Shown here: positions 7,265 through 14,501 of the stretch, piece after piece | Layout of the letters: the number at the start of each line of letters is the position of its first letter | How positions within the stretch are numbered: the stretch's first letter is position 1 | Assembly (NCBI GenBank): GCA_038883795.1 | Contig: JAVZLK010000039.1 | Coordinates: 1-14,501 of the forward strand | Origin: Candidatus Bathyarchaeia archaeon | Lineage (GTDB): Archaea; Thermoproteota; Bathyarchaeia; Bathyarchaeales; Bathycorpusculaceae | Direction of reading: 5' to 3' | DNA length: 14,501 bases | Notes under the pieces: generated by a model | The model's database searches: none | Seen by the model: only the letters and a program-made list of their open reading frames with translations | Told to the model about the DNA's origin: nothing | Program-made: the position numbers and the translations under genes

Positions 7265-7301
7265 AAAGGAAGAGGTTGAGTAAGAAATCGAATATACCGT
7301 T

Positions 7302-7442
7302 ATGTGGAAGGTTAAACCTGATTTTTTCGCCTTACATTGTTTAAAATGCCCATATTACGTGAATCATGTAGAAGGCAAAGTAAATTTCTTTGTGGAATGT
7401 AAGGCTGAAAGGTGTGACAAGGATGCTCGTTTACAACATTAA
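7302..7442 (+). CDS. Putative 46-aa Cys-rich (zinc-binding) microprotein, not in the ORF track
   Basis: MWKVKPDFFALHCLKCPYYVNHVEGKVNFFVECKAERCDKDARLQH*: CxxC plus C-x4-C, co-oriented with its neighbours. Confidence 0.5.
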   Translation: MWKVKPDFFALHCLKCPYYVNHVEGKVNFFVECKAERCDKDARLQH

Positions 7443-7572
7443 AAATGTGTGAGGATTTGACGTAACTAAATTCATGGAGATGGAAATATGGGCGGTATAT
7501 CTATTCTTGGTTTAAAACAAAAATGTCTTCCTAACTACACAACCGTGCTATACATGGAGTAGGTGACGTTAT

Positions 7573-7908
7573 ATGTCAAAATCGAATATGGGCTTAGAAA
7601 AGACCATTTCGCTATTGTTTGACCCCAAAACAAGGAATTTAGCCGTTACACTGCTAACGGAGATAAGGAATAGGCAAAATACGGAGAATCCATATAAAAG
7701 CAATGAATACGTAGAGTTTTGCAAAAGGCATGGTTTCCAACAAACTCAATACTACTCGGTTTTATCAAAGCTAAGGGATTACGGCATTGTCTATAAAACA
7801 GGCGGACATCATGAAGGAATCTATCGGATAAACTCTTATTTTATATTCCAACTTCTCAAAGAATGGATGGAATTTTTGGGTGTTGAATATTCGAATCCAC
7901 TAAAGTAG
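7573..7908 (+). CDS. Winged-helix-like hypothetical protein
   Basis: SD AGGTGA. 'QTQYYSVLSKLRDYGIVYKTGG..GIYRIN' resembles a recognition helix plus wing. Confidence 0.72.
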   Translation: MSKSNMGLEKTISLLFDPKTRNLAVTLLTEIRNRQNTENPYKSNEYVEFCKRHGFQQTQYYSVLSKLRDYGIVYKTGGHHEGIYRINSYFIFQLLKEWMEFLGVEYSNPLK

Positions 7909-7920
7909 CTATAGATGATA

Positions 7921-8481
7921 CTAGCCACTACTCCGTCCATAAAGCAATTTACCACCTATATACCAAAGTGCAACGTCCACTCCTCTAGCAGTCATGTTAC
8001 ATTTTTTAGCTAAACCCCTGATATCCCTCAAGTATTTCATGTAATCTTGGACTTCAAAGGAATTTTTATCCTCATCATAAAGGGTTTTCCAAGCGTTTTT
8101 ATCTATAACGCCAAACTTTTGCGGATTGTAAAAGGTCAATATCGCAGATGCAGTTCGCACATCAACTCCATAAAGGTCATCTAACTTTTCAATTGCCTTT
8201 TCCACGTCTCCCTCCTCAGCCAATTTAAAAGCTTCTCTTGTTACGTTTTCAATTTCTTTAGCACCTTTTTCCCTAATAGAATAGAGAGCATTTTCGGCCG
8301 CTTTGCCACGCCTACCACCTGGCGCTTTCCAACAAACAATGTACAGAAAATCTGGTGGCAATAGATAGCCTCTTTCCCTTATACTTTTCCCAGTATACTC
8401 GAAATCTGCCTCTTCTAACTTTCCTGACTCTTCAACCGCCTTTTTTGCAGCATCTTTCAATTGCTCACATGTTATATGCAA
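7921..8481 (-). CDS. HhH-GPD/OGG-fold DNA glycosylase-like protein
   Basis: HhH 'LDDLYGVDVRTASAIL', downstream 'NPQKFGVID' with candidate catalytic Asp, C-terminal 'RGVDVALW' and an N-terminal WK motif. TTG start with GGGAG SD. Confidence 0.7.
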   Translation of the reverse strand: MHITCEQLKDAAKKAVEESGKLEEADFEYTGKSIRERGYLLPPDFLYIVCWKAPGGRRGKAAENALYSIREKGAKEIENVTREAFKLAEEGDVEKAIEKLDDLYGVDVRTASAILTFYNPQKFGVIDKNAWKTLYDEDKNSFEVQDYMKYLRDIRGLAKKCNMTARGVDVALWYIGGKLLYGRSSG

Positions 8482-8484
8482 ATT

Positions 8485-8703
8485 TTAATTCGCTCCCTTT
8501 AACAGTAAAGATTCAATAGTCTTGTCCATTGTGATTCTAATAAGTTCTTTTGGTTCTGCTATAACTTTTCCGCATTTCTTACATACTTCAACTTTTAGAG
8601 GCTCATACACTGGAATATAGGCTTTAACTTTAGGCTCTGAAGTAGGTTGTTCAATAAAGAGCTTATTGGCTTCTATTCTATTCCAATGACTACAAACCTT
8701 ACA
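8485..8703 (-). pseudogene. Start-less zinc-ribbon ORF (CxxC...CxxC), 5'-truncated
   Basis: CKVCSHWNRIEANKLFIEQPTSEPKVKAYIPVYEPLKVEVCKKCGKVIAEPKELIRITMDKTIESLLLKGAN*. An in-frame TGA lies immediately before the first Cys. Confidence 0.6.
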
Positions 8704-8810
8704 TCAAAAATTTCTTTGTAGCATTTTCTAACTAAGGGATGAAATTCTTTCTCTTCATCTTTAGGTGTCCAAAGTTTATACTTAACACCATCAACAATAA
8801 GCGTTGACAT
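8673..8810 (-). pseudogene. Short N-terminal fragment of a larger protein, 3'-truncated
   Basis: MSTLIVDGVKYKLWTPKDEEKEFHPLVRKCYKEIFDVRFVVIGIE*. It overlaps the zinc-ribbon frame out of phase, and 'E.EF..LV....KEIF' resembles N-termini of restriction-endonuclease-like proteins (recalled). Confidence 0.5.
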
Positions 8811-8947
8811 GCTTTGTCAGAATATACTTTCTAGAATCAAGTATTTATGGTTAAATTCTACTTTAAGAAAATTTAAATTGTATTGTTGTTTTTAATTAAA
8901 AACGGACATGCCTTTGAGGAATTACGAATTAAAGAAAAGGGATAGAG

Positions 8948-11821
8948 TTGAGTTATATTACTGAACGAACCTTGTACCCTCCAATTTTACAGCAACTTTC
9001 TCAGTTTAGTTTTACAGGTCTACAAGAAGTTGACTTAGGTGGCGAATATCCAGATATAGAGTTTTGGCATGGAACTGATCGATTCATATTAGAAGTCAAA
9101 ATCGGAACGTGGCAAAAGAAGCTAGTAAGTGGCATTATTCAGGCTAGAAAATATGCTGATAAAGCAAAAACTGACAACATAATACTAGTTTTCTATCCTC
9201 CTGAAATCAAAAGACCGCTCATTCCATCAGTCATAAGCGATTTAGCTCTAAAAACACCAGTTGATGCGCTGATTCTTACAAAATATTGGAAGTGGGATTT
9301 TATAGGTGGAAAACGTCCAACGCTAATGAACATACTTAGTGAGTTAAAGCAAAAGATTGAAATTAAGCGACCAACAGTTTCCTTAAGTTTAGTGATTGAA
9401 ACACTGAGAGAAAGTATAACAATGCTCTCAGACCACTTAAGAATTCTTAGTGATATTGACCTAGAAAAACTTGTGAATACTGTTGTAGGAAGATTTGACC
9501 TTTTCTTAGCGCTTGGTGAAGCCGGTGGAATACAAAAAGAAGACTTAAAAATGGCAACAATAGACCTTTCTTCCTACCTTTTACTTAATCAAATTGTTTT
9601 TTACCATATTTACAGTCAGCTAAGTAAGAATGTCCCAGAATTACCTGAAATAAAAAATATTGAAGATCTGGTCGAATATTTTAAAAAAATTACGGATATA
9701 AATTACAAACCTATTTATGCGATCGATGTTGTATCCAGCTTGCCTCGAACACCCAAAGTTAATGACCTGATATGCGAAACAATTGAAGCTATAAAAACTA
9801 TCAGCCCTGAACTTGTTGAACACGAGCTCCTTGGTAGACTTTTTCATGAATTGCTTCCTCCTCAAACTAGGAAAGTCCTTGCAGCCTTTTATACTAGACC
9901 AGTTGCAGCAGAGATACTAGCAACGCTTTCCATAGAGTCCTACGATGAATCTATACTAGACCCCGCTTGCGGATCTGGAACTTTGCTAGTTTCAGCCTAT
10001 AAAAGAAAAATGGAACTTCTACAGCCTAAAAATCTCTTAGATATGGCATTAGCACATACTAAATTCGTAGAAAACGAATTAATCGGAATAGATATAATGC
10101 CATTTGCTTCACATTTAAGTGCAATTCATCTGGCTTCTCAGAATTTTGATGTAACAACAAATAAAGTGCTAATAGGTGTTAAGGATTCTCTTCGCTGCAG
10201 AGAGGGAATGGCAGTTGAACCTTTCTCGAAGGCTGTTCAAAAAACATTATTTGAACATGAACTTGCAAAGATTGAAAGTTCGGGAGCTATTAGCCCAGAA
10301 GGAGCGGGTGAGGCTTTCAAATTAAGGAGAGTCGACACGGTCATAATGAATCCTCCTTTTACAAAAGAAGAAAGATTGCCTCCAGATTATAGAAGAGCAC
10401 TAAAAGACTTTGCATACGACTTGTCACCGATTTCAGGAAAAGCAGCAGGCTTATGGGGTTATTTTCTCGCCTTAGCTAGTAAATTTGCAAATAAGAAAAT
10501 AGTATGTGTAATCCCTATCAATCTACTTAGAGGCAGAGGCAGCCTTAGGCTTAGAGAACATTTTCTTAATGGACAGTATACATGGCGATATATTGTAAAA
10601 GCAACTGAAAATTATGGGTTTACTGAAAGAGCTGAATATAGAGACATATTGTTAGTTGTTGACAAAAAGAAAGCTAGCTCGGATGACAAACTGGGAGTAA
10701 TACTACTCAAAAAACGACTTGAAAAAATGTCGTTGGATGAAGCCAAGGCTATCGCTTTAAGAATATTGAAGGTACCTAAAGGAAAAGATCACAGAGAAGA
10801 TGATTTTGATGTTTTTTGGATTGACCATAAGTTCCTTTTTAGAAATAAAAGACATTTAATGCGTTTAGTTGCATTTTCGAATCTTGATAACTTGTTGCTA
10901 GCAAATAGTTTTATGGATAAGATAATAAAACGAGGCGGCGAAAAACTAACAAGACCCTCTGAGAATTGGTTTATCGAAGGATTTCGCCCTGTTCCTCAAG
11001 GGCTTTCTCAAGTTGTTTTTGTAACTAGACCATTTCATGAAGGACGAGAAAAAGCTGCTTTTATGACTTTTGTCAAAGAGGAAGACGAATATATTCATGC
11101 TCAAATCAAAGAAATGAATGAAGACTTAATCATTAGAAAAGATTCAGCCTTGCCCTCACTAAGAACTCTCACAGGTGTAAGAACCTTTGACATTTCAAAT
11201 TTGTATGATTACGTTTTAATTAATCAATATCCCAAAGCTTCCAAAATAATAAGACTATCTAAGCTCAAGGAGAAAAGTGTTGATTGGGAAAAGATAAGGA
11301 AAGAATGTAAAGGTAGATTAACTCGACTTAGTATCGCTCACCGCATAAACTGGTACTCACCTAACGTAGCTCATTTAGCATTTTACTCTGACATTCCATA
11401 TGCACCATCGAACGTATTAGAAGTAGTAAAAGTTGAGGATGAAACTGATGCCAAAATAATTAGCTTGAGTTTGAATTCTACACTTTTACTGCTTCAGCTT
11501 TTCATGCACAAAGAAGAAAGTACAGGAAGATGGTTAAACATAAGAATAGAAGATTTAGTTCCGACGTATGTTTTAGATACAAATAAGTTAAATATGCAAG
11601 AAAAAGAAAGTCTTCTGACTCTTTTTAATGAGCTACGTAATGTTGAATTCCCTGGTTACCGTCAACAACTTAAAGAAAGATTCTGGGGTAGAGTAAAGTT
11701 GGACACAACTTTGTTAAAGATTCTCGGATTTTCGTGTGAAGAAATCCAAAATATTCTCCCTAAAATTTATGATATGCTCTACTATGAAATGATGAAAATA
11801 CGCAGATTAACGAAAGATTAG
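8948..11821 (+). CDS. Type IIG-like restriction-modification fusion: PD-(D/E)XK nuclease, N6-adenine methyltransferase and target recognition region
   Basis: N-terminal 'YPDIEF..FILEVK', 'AFYT', motif I 'ILDPACGSGTLL', motif IV 'IMNPPF' (gamma order) and a long C-terminal TRD-like region. Confidence 0.9.
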   Translation: MSYITERTLYPPILQQLSQFSFTGLQEVDLGGEYPDIEFWHGTDRFILEVKIGTWQKKLVSGIIQARKYADKAKTDNIILVFYPPEIKRPLIPSVISDLALKTPVDALILTKYWKWDFIGGKRPTLMNILSELKQKIEIKRPTVSLSLVIETLRESITMLSDHLRILSDIDLEKLVNTVVGRFDLFLALGEAGGIQKEDLKMATIDLSSYLLLNQIVFYHIYSQLSKNVPELPEIKNIEDLVEYFKKITDINYKPIYAIDVVSSLPRTPKVNDLICETIEAIKTISPELVEHELLGRLFHELLPPQTRKVLAAFYTRPVAAEILATLSIESYDESILDPACGSGTLLVSAYKRKMELLQPKNLLDMALAHTKFVENELIGIDIMPFASHLSAIHLASQNFDVTTNKVLIGVKDSLRCREGMAVEPFSKAVQKTLFEHELAKIESSGAISPEGAGEAFKLRRVDTVIMNPPFTKEERLPPDYRRALKDFAYDLSPISGKAAGLWGYFLALASKFANKKIVCVIPINLLRGRGSLRLREHFLNGQYTWRYIVKATENYGFTERAEYRDILLVVDKKKASSDDKLGVILLKKRLEKMSLDEAKAIALRILKVPKGKDHREDDFDVFWIDHKFLFRNKRHLMRLVAFSNLDNLLLANSFMDKIIKRGGEKLTRPSENWFIEGFRPVPQGLSQVVFVTRPFHEGREKAAFMTFVKEEDEYIHAQIKEMNEDLIIRKDSALPSLRTLTGVRTFDISNLYDYVLINQYPKASKIIRLSKLKEKSVDWEKIRKECKGRLTRLSIAHRINWYSPNVAHLAFYSDIPYAPSNVLEVVKVEDETDAKIISLSLNSTLLLLQLFMHKEESTGRWLNIRIEDLVPTYVLDTNKLNMQEKESLLTLFNELRNVEFPGYRQQLKERFWGRVKLDTTLLKILGFSCEEIQNILPKIYDMLYYEMMKIRRLTKD

Positions 11822-11978
11822 TGATGCACTTACCTTGTCAAACTCATTAATAGTAAACTGTTTAGTGTAAGTTTTTAAAATGAACAAAAGTCAACTGTCC
11901 CTCTCAAGACCGAAGTCAACACCACAGCTCACCCTAATCTTTACAATAATGTCATTCATTTCCTAATAAAAAGGCATA

Positions 11979-12254
11979 TTATTTTCTAAAACTCTGCATA
12001 TGCTCTTTCACATCATTAAACGCTTTTGCTATTTTCTGTCCCTTTTCCGTCAGCGAATAATACGTCTGTATAGATTTAGTTGTAATCACTCTTCTTTTAA
12101 TAAGCTCTTCTTTCTCCAGCTCCTTCAAATTTGCAGATAATGTTCCTCTACTTGCAATCAGCTTTGTTAAATCCGTATACCTTACTTCCCCTTTTCCATG
12201 AATAAATAGGAGAATCTTGACTGAAGGAATCTCGAATATCTTCGATATCTTCAC
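11979..12254 (-). CDS. HxlR-like winged-helix transcriptional regulator
   Basis: 'VRYTDL..SRGTLSANLKELEKEELIKRRV..TYYSLTEKGQKIA' is the HxlR pattern. Confidence 0.88.
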   Translation of the reverse strand: MKISKIFEIPSVKILLFIHGKGEVRYTDLTKLIASRGTLSANLKELEKEELIKRRVITTKSIQTYYSLTEKGQKIAKAFNDVKEHMQSFRK

Positions 12255-12316
12255 CGTTAAAGCCCAAATTTATAGTGAGCCTAATTCGTTGAAAACACCA
12301 TGACACGATAAAATGA

Positions 12317-12937
12317 GTGAGGTTCAGCGAAAAGAACTTAAGCAACCATATGCTGAAAACAGTATGGCTGTCTGTGATGGGGCTTTCATATACTGAGGAA
12401 TTGGTAAGCGAATACTTTAGGCATTTGACGGATGAGGAAGGCAGACCTTTGTATATGGTTTCTGAGCATGTTCATTTTCAAGTTGAAGAAACTAAAAAGG
12501 GAGTTAAGGGTTGGAAAGACATAGACATACTTGCTATAGGAAAAAATGAAATTTGTATAATTCAAACTAAATCTTACGCCATATTCGAGAAAACCGTGAA
12601 AGAATCCATTGATTCTGCAGAAGAATACTTTAAGGAAGCAGAAAAGTTTGTAGCCAAACAATATGATATTAAAGGTAAGAAAATTAGAAAAATATTTATA
12701 GCAGACTTTGGGGTTAGCAAAACTTTCCAAGAAACTCTTTCAGCTAAAGGAATTGAAGTTAAGAGGCTGCGAGATGTTTTCCTAGAATATCTTAACATTT
12801 TACATAAACTGTACCCAGACATATATCATTTAGGAAAAGAAGAAAACAATGTAACGAGAATTCTTATGTTTCTTTCATATTCTTTTAAAAAGGAGCTAGA
12901 ATCATGCGGGCTCCTGAAAACTGAAAAAAGTGAATAG
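12317..12937 (+). CDS. PD-(D/E)XK-superfamily nuclease-like protein; true start may be ATG 12377
   Basis: Helix with Glu 'TEELVSEYF', then 'KDIDILAI..ICIIQTKS' (D...QxK) and a late strand 'KIFIADF...KGIEV'. Confidence 0.75.
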   Translation: MRFSEKNLSNHMLKTVWLSVMGLSYTEELVSEYFRHLTDEEGRPLYMVSEHVHFQVEETKKGVKGWKDIDILAIGKNEICIIQTKSYAIFEKTVKESIDSAEEYFKEAEKFVAKQYDIKGKKIRKIFIADFGVSKTFQETLSAKGIEVKRLRDVFLEYLNILHKLYPDIYHLGKEENNVTRILMFLSYSFKKELESCGLLKTEKSE

Positions 12938-13437
12938 TGTTGATTGAAGAACCTAAGAAATCAATTAGACAATGCATGGAATCCAGCATACCTTATCAAG
13001 AAGCACGCTCACTTTTTAAAGATAGAAATTTTGGTTTCTTTTTGCGTGAAGACTATACAGAATTTGTCTTTCCTCTTGCGGTTACCATTAGAAAATTCTA
13101 TCTTCCGCCAGATGCGTTTGTTGTTGGCTTAAATAAGGAGGTCAACCAGTTATATCTATATTCACCTTCTTTGGATGGAGGTAGAGGAGGAGCCGGTGAC
13201 AGACTAGATGGCAAAGAAATCTCATGGTTCACAGCCTTTCTAAATACCAATGGTGAGAAAATCAGTGATAGGATGTGGTCTATATCTAAAAAGATTTTCT
13301 TGGTCATAGAAGCATTATGTTCAGAGAAATCTAAAACTGCACGGAAGACCATCGTAACATCTTTGAACCCATATTCCACTTCTGTTGAGGAGCTGGAGAG
13401 CGTCATAAAAGCTATGAAGGATATAGTAGGCTTATAG
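12937..13437 (+). CDS. Hypothetical protein translationally coupled to the nuclease
   Basis: GTG start overlaps the upstream TAG by 1 nt. 166 aa, no family recognised. Confidence 0.7.
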   Translation: MLIEEPKKSIRQCMESSIPYQEARSLFKDRNFGFFLREDYTEFVFPLAVTIRKFYLPPDAFVVGLNKEVNQLYLYSPSLDGGRGGAGDRLDGKEISWFTAFLNTNGEKISDRMWSISKKIFLVIEALCSEKSKTARKTIVTSLNPYSTSVEELESVIKAMKDIVGL

Positions 13438-13449
13438 GGTATCGATTTT

Positions 13450-14418
13450 TTAAGTTTTTAGACAACGCCAACCATTATATGCCGTAGGATTATGCCAACA
13501 ATTAATATCTACGCAGTCAGAATATGGTGTTGTCCACAAATCGAAAAACTCTTCTGATGTAAATTTTAGATTATATCTTTTACATGTTTCTGCAATGGTT
13601 TCCATCGTCTTTCTTCTATACGTGTATTCTGGAAGCCTATAGTTGCTCAAGTCTATGTCCCCTTGTTTAAAGTATAATTCTTCATATTTATTGATTAAAA
13701 AATTATAATGATTCATTAGAAAATCCTTGACATACTTCCACACAATAGGGCGAATCTTCAAGAAGATAGCAGAACAACACTTAGCTCCATTATCGGATGC
13801 TTTTTTCAAGTAGAAATCTAAAAGGTTTTCAGATAGAACAGGGAAAATTGGCGACAAATAAATAGAACATGGAATCCCTGCCTTCGTAAGCATATACATA
13901 GCTTTTAATCTTTTTTCATTGTTTGGTGTATAAGGCTCAACTTTTGCGAGTATTTCATTATTTAATGGCGTTATGGTGAAATTTACAGCAACCAAATTTC
14001 TTTTAGCTAAAGAGGATAATACATCCTTATCACGCATAACTAAATCAGATTTTGTCACTATAAAACAAGGATAACTTAACTCATCACAAACTTCCAACAT
14101 TTTCCTTGTTATTTCATATTTTTGTTCTATCGGCTGATAAGGGTCTGAAATACTGCCAAAGCATACAGGTTCTCTTGGCTTATTATTTCCTATTCTTTTT
14201 TGTAATTCTTGTTTCAATCTTTCATATGCGTTGGTTTTAGCTGTAATTTGGCCTTTTCGAGTATACCATCTGGCATAACAATAAACGCAATCATGTCCAC
14301 AGCCAACATATGCGTTTGCAACCAGTCTATGTGGAAAAATTAGAAGATTCAGCAGATATTTACTTGTATCATGTAGGATCGTTTGACAAGTTTGCTCTTT
14401 TATGATTTTATTCGCCAT
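13450..14418 (-). CDS. Radical SAM protein, spore photoproduct lyase-like (SplB/Rv2578c/COG1533 type)
   Basis: 'NAYVGCGHDCVYCYA' (CxxxCxxC), 'GSISDPYQPIEQKYEITR', 'TKS' and 'EP..P..EKRL'. Confidence 0.87.
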   Translation of the reverse strand: MANKIIKEQTCQTILHDTSKYLLNLLIFPHRLVANAYVGCGHDCVYCYARWYTRKGQITAKTNAYERLKQELQKRIGNNKPREPVCFGSISDPYQPIEQKYEITRKMLEVCDELSYPCFIVTKSDLVMRDKDVLSSLAKRNLVAVNFTITPLNNEILAKVEPYTPNNEKRLKAMYMLTKAGIPCSIYLSPIFPVLSENLLDFYLKKASDNGAKCCSAIFLKIRPIVWKYVKDFLMNHYNFLINKYEELYFKQGDIDLSNYRLPEYTYRRKTMETIAETCKRYNLKFTSEEFFDLWTTPYSDCVDINCWHNPTAYNGWRCLKT

Positions 14419-14501
14419 GAAAAATGTAAAAAGGATGTATGTAATAAGATTTTTGAGAAATAGGTTGTTTTCTAGGATTTTTCTTACAAAAAAAGGTAAA
14501 C

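Larger units (their letters stand above)
621..14501. mobile_element. Probable tRNA-associated integrative element / genomic island; boundaries uncertain and the right end is likely outside the window
   Basis: Tyrosine integrase about 1 kb downstream of tRNA-Leu, followed by a ParB, many small regulators, hypothetical genes and R-M/nuclease cargo. I saw no att direct repeat in the window. Confidence 0.65.

Noticed and set aside
1895-7650. Hexapeptide RNLAVT shared by the integrase and the 7573 protein
   Set aside because: Short match with no flanking similarity, likely chance.
4082-9865. Minus-strand ORFs 4082-4393, 5001-5183, 6899-7129 and 9641-9865
   Set aside because: They overlap better-supported plus-strand genes, and their composition is typical of antisense frames.
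12148-13406. ORFs 12148-12345, 12386-12730, 12574-12822, 12944-13132 and 13098-13406
   Set aside because: Alternative-frame or antisense overlaps of the HxlR, nuclease and partner genes.

Overview
Archaeal DNA, most likely a TACK-type lineage such as Bathyarchaeia. This is inferred from tRNA introns with bulge-helix-bulge/loop motifs, TATA/BRE promoters and the gene families present. The window opens with the 3' end of a probable ThiF/MoeB-family gene and three tRNA genes: Cys-GCA, Arg-CCT with an 11-nt intron, and Leu-TAA with a 30-nt D-arm intron. Downstream is a probable tRNA-associated integrative element or island. Its core has a tyrosine integrase with an atypical first catalytic motif, several small DNA-binding proteins (RHH-like, AbrB-like, winged-helix) and a Spo0J/ParB-family protein with no ParA partner in the window. 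Its cargo is defence/DNA-processing genes: an HhH-GPD/OGG-fold glycosylase-like protein, a Type IIG restriction-modification fusion, an HxlR regulator divergent from a PD-(D/E)XK nuclease plus unknown partner, and an SplB-like radical SAM protein. The most striking signal is the palindrome TTTACCGGTAAA. It occurs as three perfect copies (extending to 16-20 bp palindromes) and two degenerate copies inside the parB gene, in two different reading frames, with a further TACCGGTA core in an upstream palindrome cluster. This is a candidate archaeal parS centromere read by a ParA-less ParB that also has a C-terminal four-Cys motif. No database searches were run, and the element's right boundary is not visible.
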